Assembly: GCF_001194135.2 (NCBI RefSeq)
Contig: NC_068993.1
Span: 19,248,954 to 19,312,953 of the forward strand
Length of the DNA: 64,000 bases
From: Octopus bimaculoides
Lineage: Eukaryota
Direction: 5' to 3'
The notes below the pieces were generated by a model. The model did no database searches, was not told the DNA's origin, and was given only the letters and a program-made list of their open reading frames with translations. The stretch's first letter is position 1. Each line of letters opens with the position of its first letter. Below are positions 24,984 to 39,010 of this stretch, piece after piece. The position numbers were made by a program, and so were the translations under genes.

Positions 24984-26519
24984 ACACACACACATATATA
25001 TACAAGCTTATNNNNNNNNNNCATACACACACACACACATATATATACAAGCTTATGTGGGCAGTGCCTGAAGATTGTGTTAGGACAATTCCACGTGTTA
25101 TACACATTGTCTGGCATGCTCTCAGCACATAAAACTAAGTAACACATAAAAGTTGCTCGCACATAAGAGTAGCTTGCTGGGGGGACCTTTTACTCCGCAT
25201 TCGTTAATTGTTTGGGGGGGGGTCATGTTTTTCTGTGCAGATGAAGATAACCACAAAAGCCCACTATTACATAACTACTACCTAATATCTACATCAATAA
25301 ATCCAGTAATCCATTACGTTTCGGATGTTCTAACACCCAATAATACTCATTGAATAAAAAAGAAAAGAAGTCAAGCATAAACTATTTTTAAAATTAAGCT
25401 GTATGTATTAATGCCTAATGAAGAGGAATTGTATAAAACGTTAAAGAGCATTACTCCGGTGTTAATCAAAAAATAAACCAGTGAAAAATACAGTCAAAGA
25501 GAATTAATGACTCACAGTTGTGGTGCATCTAACAACAAGAAGCGCTCAAGAATTGCACCGAAGGTTAGATGGTGACGAGTTTCTGGTGAGGGAAAACTAC
25601 CCGAAATATGAAGAGGCTTGCGCTCGCAATACGGTCATGCAGCAAACACTTATTAATGGATGAAAATTATGAAATACTACATAGATGTTTAATAGAAAAT
25701 AATTGTAAACTTGAAAGAACGTAGCCTTTTCGCCTTTTTCAATATATCATTTAGAAAAAACAACAATGAATATATTGGAAACAAATATGTATGTATGTAT
25801 ATATGTATGTGTGTGTATATATGTGTGTGTGTTTGTGTGTGTGTGTTTTGTATATAATGAACTTGTTTCTGTAACCCACATTAGCTGTTCATCAACTCAA
25901 AAGGTAGTAAGTTATTACCTTTTACTTTGTTTCGGTGATGGAAGAAAATGAACGTGTCTTACTGTTTTTAAATCTGTATTCATTCACTTCAGCGATGGAG
26001 TAATAATCCATGTGCTCCGAACGAGACGTATCTATTAAGACTCTCTGACTGTCAGTCTGTCTGTCTCTTTCTCTCTCACTCCCTCTCTCTTTCTGATTCT
26101 TCGTTAATCAGAAGAAGGTTTTATGACCACCAAAGCGTTTTATTCGATTCTTCTAATGAAACGTGTTCGCTCCTTAGAAACGACCCTATTGTTTATAAAA
26201 TACCTCTTGTAAGCTTGGGACGTTTATATTAATTAGCAATCAAAATCGATAGAAATGCCAGAGCTAAATTAATCACTGTAATTTGTCACAAGAAAATTGT
26301 AATCTCTCTTGGTTAATCTATGCTCTACTTTAAGAAGTTAATATATTTTTATCTTTCTGTTATTCCTCTTCCCGTTTCTGATATTCTAATATATGTGTTT
26401 ATACCTCTAGATAAATATCGATCTTTTAAATAGGAAATAAATGTGCTTTTATTCATTTTAATCACCTCATACTTAAATTAGTTTGTGTAAGATAATTGCT
26501 ATTTTAATAAAGTCATACA

Positions 26520-26935
26520 ATGGTATTTAGTTATATTAAGCAAATTGTCCTTTTGGTGGCGCAAGACGGAAGATGTACAGAGCATTGAAAAAGAAGACAG
26601 ATGCCTTTGAGATGTGGGTCTCTTGTAGATTGGGTGGAATGACTTGCAAAGACAGGGGAATAAACACTGTAGTACTACAAATGCTGAAAGTTCAAAGACA
26701 CATATCATCGACAATCAAGTCTACAGAGCTTTCGTCCTTAGGACATACTTTACTCCACAAATCATTGCCCAAGACCAACCTAGTAGATGAAGAGATCAAG
26801 AAGAGGTGAAACACAGTTTGTGAACAATGGTTTCACAAAATGGTGTGAAAACAAGAGCTTAGCTGATTGTACGCATGCAATACAACACACATGGACCTGG
26901 AGATTCTTAGCAAATAAACCAATGGACACGTGTAA
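26520..26935 (+). mobile_element. RTE-clade LINE 3' end, degenerate
   Basis: KKKTDAFEMWVSCRLGGMTCKDRGINTVVLQML...IKSTELSSLGH resembles the RTE post-RT motif AFEMWxxRRxLxIxWxDxxxNxxVL...LxYxGH. Confidence 0.8.
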
Positions 26936-29900
26936 GTTAACTAGCTGATGGCTAATGATTTAGCTAATAGTTATAGCTTAATGATTTACGTACCTCAAAC
27001 AAAAAGAAAAAAGCGCAAATGACAATCTATCTCAGTTTGCTTTGTACCGAGTGAATATTGTCTCTCAGCGTTATAGGTTCACGTATTTACTTGAATTATT
27101 TCTTTAATTTTAGTAGAACTACTATTCTATTGCATATTAAAGATATACTGCTTACATCTGAATTACCCTCAAATATCGATTAACCGATCTTATTGCGATT
27201 GTCTACTTTCTTTCATCTTTCTATATTTCAAGTATTCCGGAAAGGTTTTGTAAACGAATTGCATGGGTAGTTTAAGTTTTTCCAGTTCGAAGTTTTTCCA
27301 GTTCGGCACATAATATATGAGGCTCCATGTCGTAGCTGGACAAAACTAGGTTTCTGGGAGTATATGTATAAATTATATAGAAATAACTGTATTTAAACAG
27401 CAAAATATAACTATATAAATATTTTACATTATATATGCATGCATATGCGCGAAAGCACATTTATACACTAAAGCGAACAAACACATATACAGACACATAC
27501 ACAAACGCACAAACAAAGGCAGACACACGAGCACACACACACACACAAAATTTTGTGCGTATATATATATGTATTAATGAAAGTAAAAGAATTTGTGTTA
27601 CAGCATGGTGAAACTCGAGATGTAAAATAAAATCTCATTCCAGCTTCAATATAAAACTATATCCTCTACAACATGTATTGAGCACTTCTCTCTCATCCGG
27701 CCAACATAACCCAACATACGTATATACATTTACCTATATGCGTATGTGTGTGCGTGTGTATGCGTGTGTGTGTTTGTGTGCATGTGTGAGTTAGTGTGCG
27801 TGTGTATTAGATATGTATTAATATNNNNNNNNNNTATATATATGTATATATACATACATACTTATAAATACATATGCATACAACACAGGCGCATATATTT
27901 ACATATCGCTGTCTAAGTGTAGGGAGAAAGAGTGAGAGAGATGAAGAAAGAAAGCTTTTATATTTATAATACATTTATATATAATCCATACAAACACAAA
28001 CATTTATGCACGCTTGTGCCTGCGCATGTATGTGTTTGTGTGTGAGTGTGTTGCATGAAGAATGCTTATCTACTTACGTATACCAACGGAAATGCAATCA
28101 CTTACGCACAAAAGCCCGACATAATAGTTGGACAAAAGTGAAAGAAATCAGAGCTGACCTTATAGACTAAAGGTCAAGCAGATAATGTTTTCAACGTTAA
28201 TTTTCTTCTTTTCTTCAAGTATTGCTGTCTAGTTCAGAGAATTCAATTAAGTCGTTTCGCTTTAAAATGCAAAATTTACTCTATCAAAATAGTACAATCA
28301 CTCCATATTTCATATAATAATCTCATAGACAAAAGAAGCGTTACTCAGTTTAGCTAATAGATTATAAGGTAGGTAAATGTGAATTATTATAGTGACTATA
28401 ATACTTTTCTCTTTCTTTATCTCTTTTCATTGGAAAGATTCTGAGAAATATTTCTGAAAGGTCTAATGTCTTTGAATAATTTCATAAATCATAATTATCT
28501 ATCTAACACTAAATATTATAAGTCTGTAGCGGTATGTGACTGACCAAAATCTAGGGTTCTATTATTGGTATTTCGATAATTTGCGGAAATTTCAATTATT
28601 ATATTTTGACCTACGCATGCTTGACACAACATCTCACGTGGATTTGTACCTTTGAAACATCATCCACTCTATTTGTTTGGTAATTTAATAAAATAATTCA
28701 TAATACAGCCTAACACATTCTGTCTTTGGTTCTGAGCTTTGATAAAGAAATATATGGGTGATGGGGAAAATGTGGAGCTGGTGGGTTTTAAACTTACGAG
28801 ATCAATGTCTTAGGAATGATATCACCATCACAATCTTATTTCCTTGTCCTTGAGATTAATAAACTTAATCAATGTGAAATTACATCCAACTAAATGTAGA
28901 TGAGTTAACTAGAGAGAATGCATGAATTAATTCGACCTGCTAAAAATGGGAGCCAAGAACCTTGAATCATCACACCTTAATATCTTTAAGATGGGATAAA
29001 CATTGGATAATGCAGGCCAACGGATTTTATCTGGAAAAATGACCGGATTGTCAGGTTAGAATTCCTTTAAACCTAGATGAATCTGGTGGAACAAGATTCA
29101 TGTAGGTCAAAACAACAGTAATTAATTACGTTGATCTATATTTAAATAATCAAAGCCTTAAATGTTAATCTTCTCTCACATCTATGTGAGAAATATATAG
29201 TTTAGTTTAAATCTTTATTTTTTTCTTTTATTTTCTCTGGTATATTGACTCAAAGAAGAATTTTAGAATATGTTAGAAAAAACGTTCTGGCTTCGTATCT
29301 AATTTATAAAAATATTTTTAGTTACTACAAATGAGTGATAGCCAGACTCAATATATTTGGTTATTTAGGAACGAATGTCATTCAACTCTCTTATCTACAT
29401 GATTAAACACTTGTCAGATGTTTTTTTTATATCTGGGTAGCTACCCTGTGTGCATCAATGCATTATTTTTCCCGTGTTAAATGATATTGTATACTGGTCT
29501 CCGACTTAATGGCTAACAATAGTCAACAGATAATAATAGCTACTATTTGAAGCATTGATAAGCCAATCAATCAATCGATTAGTGGAAATAGTCAGAGGCA
29601 ATATCAACTAAAACGTAGCAATCAAATTATATAAAAATACCAATTGAAAATAACAATAAAAGGCATTAAAGATATCAATGACATCCCGATAATTAAACTA
29701 TCGATCTGTTGCAAGAAATCATCTGAAAAATAAATAAATAAATTTCTTATGATGGCATCATACTTATATAAAGCAAAATTGATTTTATTCATTTCAGCAC
29801 CAGCTATATTAATTTTATAGTCTTTGAACACAGGATTTCCTAATTAAGATATTTAATGTTTATTTATTTTTTTCGTATTGAGTTCGGAAAAAAGAAAAGA

Positions 29901-30127
29901 AAACAATGCATTAGGAATCTAATGACAATCATTTTCACCTCATGGAGGTTTCCCGACTTATTTCATGCAGTTTCGATGTGCAGTCGATAAATAGAATGCT
30001 TTAAGGCATTGCATTCGAAAACTATATTTTACAATTTTAATTTAGTGGAACAATTGCTGTTTAGCACATTTATACACGACAAACTTAAAATTAGTTCATT
30101 TAAAAGTAATATTATTTGTGTAGTCTG

Positions 30128-30338
30128 AAGGTGGCGAGCTAGCAGAATCGTTAGCACGCCAGTCGAAATTCTTGGCGGTATGTCGTCTGCCGCTACATTC
30201 TGAGTTTTAATTTCGCTTTGCTTTCCATCCTTTCGGTGTCGATAAATTAAGTACTAGTTTAACACTGGGGTCGATACAATCGACTTGCCCCCACCCCCAA
30301 AATTTCAGGCCTTGTGCCTATAGTCGAAAGGATTATTG
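30128..30338 (+). mobile_element. SINE family A
   Basis: Similarity to family A. Confidence 0.85.
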
Positions 30339-30996
30339 TTTAGTTGTCTTCCATGAAATACTTAGTATGAAATAATTGAAATTCAAAAGAAACACTTAAT
30401 GAACGAAAACATGTATGATGAAACATAATATAAAATCACAGTAGCTTCTAGGTTCTCTTATATCTATTTATGATCTTGCCATATATTATGATAGATCATA
30501 AATATCAATTTATGATCTTGCAATTTATATATATATATATCCCTTTCAGTCTAAGCATATATTTCTGGTTCCGAATAGCGGCTTGACTCTATCTGATGTA
30601 ATATTTCATCTGTTTTATGCAGGAAATGTCATCGGAGACAACTTACCAGTCTTGTATATTCAGGCGCTCTTCCACAGACAGACAGACAGAAAGACAGACA
30701 GATAGATAGATAAATAAATAGATAGATAGATAGACAGAGAGACACACAAATAGGTATAGTGATATAGATACATATGCACACATACACGCACGTGTACATA
30801 TGTGTTTGTGTGCGTGTGTGCGTGTTCATGTATATAAATATATACACGTTATATCTATTTATCCATACATAATACATACATACGTTCCCCCTCTCTCTCT
30901 CTCCCTCTTACAAACATACACACAAATATATATGCATGCATGTATACGACAAAGTATAAGTAATGGTCATTATGTATTCTTTTATTGTAGTAAATT

Positions 30997-31043
30997 TGAC
31001 TTACAGCTGTTTCCGATAATCATTATAGGTTTCTTCATTGATC
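30997..31043 (-). ncRNA. Strongly decayed hammerhead-like motif
   Basis: Minus strand aTGAAGA-aacctataatgattatcg-GAAA-C-AGCT-GTA; same stem III palindrome as 5219-5230, but C3 is lost and the stems are imperfect. Confidence 0.3.
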
Positions 31044-31203
31044 GGTTTACTAAATTGCTCGGTTGTATATATGTCAAGCAAATCTAAGAATTGAAGTTAT
31101 TATATTGTATTTATACTTTTATTCTGCTCATTTCAGTAATACCTGGTTCAGATCATTCGTGAATATAAATGATAGGGTAATATTACATTATATTAGAATG
31201 ATA

Positions 31204-31416
31204 AAGGCTGTGAACTGGCAGGGTCGTTAGCACGCTGTGCAAAATGCTTAGCGGCATTTCGTCTGTCTTTACATTCTGAGTTCAAATTCCACCGAAGTCG
31301 ACTTCGTCTTTCATCCTTTCAGGATCAATAAGATAACTACTAGTTGAGCACAGGGGTCGATGTATTCGATCATCTGTCTATTCCAAACTATTAGGCCTTA
31401 TACCTATAATACAAAG
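31204..31416 (+). mobile_element. SINE family A
   Basis: Similarity to family A. Confidence 0.85.
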
Positions 31417-31613
31417 TGCAATGCATTTCAATAATATATAAATAATCTATATCCATTTCATCAGACAATGGACGTATTTGTTCTATTTCCACATTGTCTT
31501 AAAAGATGAGCATAAGCATTTATATATTCGTATCTATATTGATGAAGTAGTGCTTGTAGTATGCGAGTACATATATGCACGATTGATTCCTCACAATTAG
31601 CAGTTGTTGCTAG

Positions 31614-31728
31614 GAGGCTGTGTCAGATGATGCAAGGTCGCATCTACTCGGATTGCAAATGAAACCACGTGTTAGTAAAGAAATCATTTCGTCTACCATC
31701 TCTGCACTCATGTTGGTCGACAAGGCAC
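31614..31728 (+). CDS. Candidate exon, 115 nt: EAVSDDARSHLLGLQMKPRVSKEIISSTISALMLVDKA
   Basis: Strong donor CAC|gtaagt, moderate acceptor ttgttgctag|; one open frame, phase-compatible with 22052-22150. Confidence 0.25.
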
Positions 31729-32087
31729 GTAAGTATACAAACAGGGAAATTTTGCACAGGTTTCTTTATTCGTCTGTCTACCTCTCTTCATACACACACA
31801 CACATATTTAAACATATATATACATATTTACATATACTGATAGTTATATATATATATNNNNNNNNNNNNNNNNNNNNNNNNNNNNNNNNNNNNNNNNNNN
31901 NNNNNNNNNNNNNNNNNNNNNNNNNNNNNNNNNNNNNNNNNNNNNNNNNNNNNNNNNNNNNNNNNNNNNNNNNNNNNNNNNNNNNNNNNNNNNNNNNNNN
32001 NNNNNNNNNNNNNNNNNNNNNNNNNNNNNNNNNNNNNNNATACATACATATATATATATTTATATATTTATATATACATCTAGTTGT

Positions 32088-32163
<76 letters not shown>

Positions 32164-33435
32164 AAGAGATAGATAGATATAAATATATATATACATGTAT
32201 ATGTGTTTATATGTGCATACACACACATACACACCGACATATAAAGAAAGTGAGAGAGAGGGGCGAGGGAGTGATATATATGTAGATATGTATATATATA
32301 CATACATATATGGGCGTGTGTGCGTCTGTGCGTTTCTGTGTGTGTGAGTACGCGTGTGCGCGTATGCTTGTATGTCTTCATATCTGCATATCAGTTTCCG
32401 TGCGTGTCCATGTGTTTGCGAGTTTGTGAACGCCTGTGCAGGAGTGGGAGGTAAATTAAAACTGTCATTTTGTATCAAGTAGCGCGCAGCAGTCATGCTA
32501 ATGTAGTTTTTGTTTTTTTTGCTTCCCAAAATCAAAAGTACAAAGAACAGGAAGAAATCACTTGCCGTTCGAAACTTTTTGTTGCAAATACACAAATTTC
32601 AAAACAATTATAAATAACAAGCATGTGATAATCATTGTATGCATTGCAGGTTTCCTCGTTCACTTGCTTAAAAAGAATACGGCCATCCTCATATTCATGC
32701 TGCCATGAAATTAATAACAATATTCAAAACCAAAAAGACTCGTGATAAATGTTCGTCAACAAATGGAACCGCTATATTTAACTCTAAACAATCATGCTAC
32801 ATGGATTTCCGAACAAGAACAAGCAGAATTTGACAAATACAAAAGCAAGAAGTTCCTACAAGTTACACAAAGAAACTGATGCATCAATGGATTTTTTGGT
32901 ATGGTCATTACTGTAATGCGTTTTAACGACTGAAGCCATATTAGAAACAATGAGATGCTCACTATTAAGTTGCTCCATTTGCTAAATGTAATATCCAAAT
33001 GAGCTTTAGCCCATATACCACCATGTTATAAAATGTGCGGCACATTGAATACTCTACAAGAAGGTACCCTTAAAAGAAACAGAATGTCACAGCCGGAACA
33101 CATTTTATCGTCGGTGTCTTCGATTAATCTTCAGAACAACTTGAAAATCAATAGCTGCTCGATCTGTTATAAAATATCAGCTGATTATCAAATTATCCAT
33201 GACTATATCTTAAAAGAAAGGAAACAATAAATTATGTATCTTGAGATACATTATGTCTTAAAAACAAGATATTATTTCGGGAGTGTTAGAATTTCGTTGT
33301 TCAATCTTAGAGATGACCTGAGGGTGCATAACAACAGTTTATAGTCCTTTGTAGATTTTGTTGTTAAAATACATTGGAGGTGAAGAATCTTTTTGTGGAC
33401 TTCGAAATAATTTTATCTGCAACTGAGGAGATATC

Positions 33436-33638
33436 TCTTTCTACTACAGAAACAAAGGCTGAAGTTATGTGGATGGATGCTTCCTTATTACATTGACCCC
33501 GGTGCTCAAATAGTACTTATTTCATCGATGGGAGGCACATACGACCTCGTGAATATTTGAACTCAGAACGTAAAGCCGAAAGAAATTACGCCAAACATTT
33601 TGTCTGACATGGTAACGATTCTGCCAACTCGTTACCTT
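33436..33638 (-). mobile_element. SINE family A
   Basis: Reverse-complement similarity to family A. Confidence 0.8.
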
Positions 33639-34305
33639 TGAAAATTGCTTTAATGGTATTCGCTTATATTTTAATTTCACGAGTAGAAATTCAGGCATCG
33701 AATAACAAAACGCTCATCATCGAGACTAACGGAAAATTCGCTAACATTATCCAACTTGCCGTCTTTTTTTTTAACAGAGCATTGTATGTTCTTTGTAGAA
33801 GATTTGACTGTTATTTCTTGCATGAACTTTATTCTAGCATTTGATAATATTGTCATTTCTGAAACATGAATACGTCACTGTTCTTCATTCAGTGTGTAAA
33901 CTAAGCAATACCGCACCAGCAAGTTCTGCGATATCTTTGAGCCCTCCTTTACAAAATATAAGAATCACTCACTAATCAAATTTACATTCTGTAACCGAGG
34001 TAGAAAAAGCCCAGTTTTACAAATAATCTTCTTAGACGAATAAGAAATAATATGCACGTATGTGTTTGATACAAGACATAATGATAACTATTCGCTAAAA
34101 TAACTTGCGAAAGAGAAGAGTCAAATTCTAACTGGGAACGATACAGCATTTCAGCATAGTTGCAATGCAATGACTGAAATTTGATAATTACAAGAGACCA
34201 GTCTACCAGCAGTAAATGGCTAATTAATGCAAATCACTTATACAAACGAGAAGCGAAAATAGTGATATTGACTTTTTAAAGCAACGGATTATATAACATC
34301 TAAAG

Positions 34306-34555
34306 CAGTGGTACTCAACCGGAGTCCATACGACGCTTGAGAGTCCATATAAGATTTCCGTGTTAAATTTGTGCAATAAATTACTCCTACTTCTACAATA
34401 ATCAAATATCTTAACAAATTTTAATGTAATTTTTAATAATACCTAATTATAAATATATAATAGAATTTTTAAAAGTATCAAATGTCAATGGGAGCCCACC
34501 CAAGTAAAATAGGAAACAAAGGGTGTCCATAGCAAACAATGCCTGAGAATCACTG
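34306..34555. mobile_element. hAT/Charlie-type MITE
   Basis: TIRs cagtggtactcaacc / gcctgagaatcactg; 8-bp TSD atctaaag / ttttaaag (6/8), and the left copy fits the NTCTARAN target; AT-rich non-coding interior. Confidence 0.85.
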
Positions 34556-34952
34556 TTTTAAAGAAAAGCTGCCCTTAAGTAGTCACACCACAACAGTATT
34601 AGAAAAACAAAAGCTTTAAACATACGACTAATTACAACCTTGCAAATACAAAATATGTTAAGTTTATGACTAAATCACTATTTTCAAACTTACTTAGGTG
34701 CACTCCAAATTTTATACATTTATGGATATTAAAAGAAAAGGCCATGTACATAAAGCGAAATTGGTCCTACAGACAGAAGAATATTTTGTCTATCGTTCAG
34801 TCTAATTCCAATTAAGTGTGGGGTACCTTAATTCTTTGAAGTATCAAAGATTCTAGAGTGAAAGTCATCAATTAGCGGTGCTAAGCGGGATAGAAAACAA
34901 AGCCACTGACAGCATTAACTGCATAAAAAATCTGTCTCTGGTTATAACTAAC

Positions 34953-35248
34953 TGACACTCCGTCGGTTACGACAATGGGGGTTCCAGTTGACCCGATTAA
35001 CGGAACTGCCTGCAAGTGAAATTAACGTGTAAGTGGCTGAGGACTCTACAGACACTTGTACCCTTAGCGTAGTTCCCAGGGAGATTCAGCGTGACGCAGT
35101 GTGACAAGGCTGTCCGTTTGAAATATAGGTGCTACTCACTTTTGCCAGTAGAGGACCTGGAAGAACGTGAAATAAAGTGTCTTGCTCAAGGACACAACGC
35201 GTCGCCAGGAATTGAACTTACCATCATACGATCGTGAGCCGATTACAC
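34953..35248 (-). mobile_element. tRNA-type SINE family B with CORE-like block
   Basis: Minus strand: B-box-like agttcaattcc, CORE-like gttgtgtccttgagcaagacactt, 3' end ...gtcgtaaccgacggagtgtca. Confidence 0.75.
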
Positions 35249-36343
35249 AGGACAATATGCAGATGAGGTAGGGATACTATAGGATATCAGCGTGAAGAAA
35301 GATAATCAACGTTAATTAAAGAATATCAAACTGGTGGTAAAATGTTATTGAATTTTAGAATCATAATAACAGTTTATACACGAATCCTTTAAGAATATAT
35401 ATTATATCGATATAAATCTTCGGATTCCCAAATTTTATTTCGCTGTTTATATAATCTCAACGAACTGAAGATTACATTAGACGGTTTTCACTAAAATATA
35501 AACTCCATATAAAAACAGTTTCTATATAAAAACGTTTTCCAAATTCGTAAATGAAAGTTATATTTTAGATAAAAATACACACATTAATTTTTCTCCCCTC
35601 TCTCTTTCTCATTAACCATGACATTCTCGCTCTTTCTCTCTATGCTTGTATCTCTTTCTCTCTCTGTTTGTCTCTCCTTATCTCTCTGTCTGCCTGCCTC
35701 TGTCTCCATCTCCTTCTCTTACTTCCCCTCTCTCCTTCGGTAATACTAGCTGTCATTTCCATTATGACCTTCCACCTAAACGTCCGCAACTTGCGTATTA
35801 ATGACGCAATACTTATCAGTTGTCTCTAACTACAGTTTAGCAATCGTCATCAGCTTCTCGACTGTCAATAATTTGTTGCATGATTTGAATATAATTTTAA
35901 CTCAGTCATCATTTCCACGTTAGACTTAATACACTTTACAGCGTGTTCAATGTGGTCGGCGGTTTATAGTATCAATTTTTAATTTCTCAGTTCGTTTTGT
36001 GCTGGTTTCAGTAGAACTATTAAATGAAACTATCTTACATGCGATGTTCTGTTCTGAAGTGATTCTTATTAGTTTCTTGATTAAATGTATTAAAGATAAA
36101 CCCTCTATTACTTACAGAGGCTCAAAGCCTCAGATTTAGCAGGAGGCAACAGTAACTACATTGATTTCAGAATTTCACATGTAGTTTATTTTATCAAATC
36201 TTGGACAATAAAAGCAAAAATTCACCTCTGCAGGATTTGAATTCAGTTCGAATACTGCAACACGTTCTAACATGTCGGGTAATCTACTAATCTATTAAAA
36301 ATATAAATGCTTTCATTACATGTCTATATTATATGAACCTGTG

Positions 36344-36749
36344 AAGGCGGAGAGCTGGAAGAATCGTTAGCATGCCGAGCAAAATCCTTAGCAACATTCC
36401 GACCCTCTTTACGTTGAGAGTTCTAATTCTGCCGAGGTCTACTTTACCTTTCATCCTCTCGGGGTAGATATACTTATCCAGCATTTAACAAGGTGTTGAG
36501 TTGTCCAACTATTCGTGCATGACATTCACCAAATCTTTTGACCCAGTGACCTTGAACTCGATCTGGTCCTGGGGCCTTCCAGTTGCCCATTTTTTGGATG
36601 ATTTCCTTCACTTCCCTAACTGAAATGACTAGTCCCCCCCTGTTGTAGACAGACTACTGTTTGTTTCAGTTCAGTATTGGGGTCGATTTAATCGACTTAC
36701 CCTCTCCCCCCAAATTGTTTACCTTATGCTAAAATTTGAAACCAATATT
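36344..36749 (+). mobile_element. SINE family A interrupted by a LINE fragment
   Basis: 5' part 36344-36470 and 3' part about 36667-36749 match family A. Confidence 0.85.
36471..36666 (-). mobile_element. Internal R4/Dong-type LINE RT fragment nested in a SINE
   Basis: VISVREVKEIIQKMGNWKAPGPDRVQGHWVKRFGECHARIVGQLNTLLN; the NWKAPGPD motif precedes the RT domain in R4/Dong elements. Confidence 0.85.
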
Positions 36750-37733
36750 ATATAGATCTGTTTCAGTACAATGGTGATACAATGTCTGCCACTGCAGAAT
36801 TTGAAAACTTGAAATATGTCAAAAGCTAGAACTAAAATTCGAAATAAAGCTTTAAAGAATATCGTGAAATAAACGAGCCCTAAATATTGTATTGGTCATG
36901 GAAGCATTTCAGAAATAGTAAATTATGTTCTCAATCTTTCTTCATTTTGTTCTTGAGTGGCAACGTTGAAATATGCTTTGGCATTAACTAATACAAATAG
37001 TATTTATCTTTATATAGTAACTTTGAAGCAGAACTAGATTTGTTTTCCATATCACTTAAATGAAAAATATCAAAAGTTACAAAAATGTATATAGATTTTA
37101 ATTATCGTCATAATTAACTATCTTGTGTGGAATTATAAAAAAAAGATATTTAGTAAAAGTACTGTTTGATCACTTTTTATTTTGCCTGCGGTCATTTTTC
37201 TTACAGCGAGGAAGTGATACAACATTTATGATGAATCACATGAAAACACTCCACAACAATGACATCATTTATAATGTTATGTAATGTATGTTTCCTTTAG
37301 CTGAACATAATCCGTTGGTGAATAACAATATCACTCTATATACTCTTAAATTATGCTTTACAAATCGGCACTGTCCAGACACGTTGCCTCAAATCTCTCT
37401 TCCTTCGTTATTTTTTTAACCGCTATTGTCATTGTTAGGTTGTTAATGCTTTGGTTTTTCAGAAAGCGTTTATAGGAAAGCCTGTTATACTTACGACAAT
37501 GTATGCAGCAAGAAGCGTACTTTATGGTTAGTAACTTATCTAATAAAGTAGCATCATTGATTAAGTAAGCATATTGATACAGAGAGCACACTAATAGCTT
37601 ATTTAATTTTCTTAATCTCCTTTGATATTGTTAATCTTAACTAGTATTCCCCTTTTCAAGTTGCTTTGGCACACTTTACTAACACCAATTTTATTTCTCC
37701 AGTAAATTTATGCACAGTCTGTAATACTGTTGC

Positions 37734-37799
<66 letters not shown>

Positions 37800-37806
<7 letters not shown>

Positions 37807-37883
37807 TAGTTTTATTTTTATAACGTGCTTTCACTTCACTACCGAGCGCAGCTCTGTGCGCCTTGGGTATGTGCTGTGGTTTG
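37800..37883 (-). mobile_element. Probable R4/Dong LINE 3' UTR end running into the (TAA)n array at 37727-37800
   Basis: Partly similar to the 3' UTR at 38510-38560 (accacag...gcgctc...gaagt.aaa); the rest is hidden in a gap. Confidence 0.55.
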
Positions 37884-38423
37884 NNNNNNNNNNNNNNNNN
37901 NNNNNNNNNNNNNNNNNNNNNNNNNNNNNNNNNNNNNNNNNNNNNNNNNNNNNNNNNNNNNNNNNNNNNNNNNNNNNNNNNNNNNNNNNNNNNNNNNNNN
38001 NNNNNNNNNNNNNNNNNNNNNNNNNNNNNNNNNNNNNNNNNNNNNNNNNNNNNNNNNNNNNNNNNNNNNNNNNNNNNNNNNNNNNNNNNNNNNNNNNNNN
38101 NNNNNNNNNNNNNNNNNNNNNNNNNNNNNNNNNNNNNNNNNNNNNNNNNNNNNNNNNNNNNNNNNNNNNNNNNNNNNNNNNNNNNNNNNNNNNNNNNNNN
38201 NNNNNNNNNNNNNNNNNNNNNNNNNNNNNNNNNNNNNNNNNNNNNNNNNNNNNNNNNNNNNNNNNNNNNNNNNNNNNNNNNNNNNNNNNNNNNNNNNNNN
38301 NNNNNNNNNNNNNNNNNNNNNNNNNNNNNNNNNNNNNNNNNNNNNNNNNNNNNNNNNNNNNNNNNNNNNNNNNNNNNNNNNNNNNNNNNNNNNNNNNNNN
38401 NNNNNNNNNNNNNNNNNNNNNNN

Positions 38424-38507
<84 letters not shown>

Positions 38508-38509
38508 TT

Positions 38510-39010
38510 ATTAGATTTTTACTTCTCAGAGCGCTCGGTCCTATTTACTGTGGTTGATTCTGAGAGAGGGGACAGCAGCCTGTTGTCATAGATCTCACAA
38601 GATCTCTTTCCGCACATCATACGTTTTGATTCTTGGTTGTTAATTATCGTGGAAGACATTCAACATCTAACTGCCAATTTCAAAATCTGAGCTGTTCCAA
38701 GCAGAGCAGCTTCTTGGGGCTTGCTCTGCTCTCATGTCATTTCCGACTTCACTGACATATTTCTCGAACTCGGTTCTTAGTGCTCCGAGTGCCCCTAAAA
38801 TTATTGTGATGACAGACACTCTCCTCATAGTCCACGTTCTTGCAATTTCGTCTTTTAGTAGTCTGTACTTTTCAATCTTTACTAGTTCCTTGTCACCTTA
38901 ACATGCATCCCCAGGTATTGCGATGTCTATAATTTTGGTTTCCTTTTTTCCTTTGTCTACCACAACATCTGGTCTCATCGATTAGGGAGTAACATTGGAT
39001 TTCAAAATCA
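38510..39010 (-). mobile_element. R4/Dong-type LINE 3' end (restriction-like endonuclease)
   Basis: RPDVVVDKGKKETKIIDIAIPGD...KIEKYRLLKDEIARTW...IILGALG...ALLGTAQILK; ends in (TAC)n(TAA)n. Confidence 0.9.

Noticed and set aside
24970-25055. Duplicated catacacacacacacacatatatatacaagcttat on either side of a 10-N gap
   Set aside because: Typical unmerged contig overlap.
26104-26142. cagaaga-aggttttatgacc-accaaagcgtt, hammerhead-like
   Set aside because: Both core strands are mutated; too degenerate to call.
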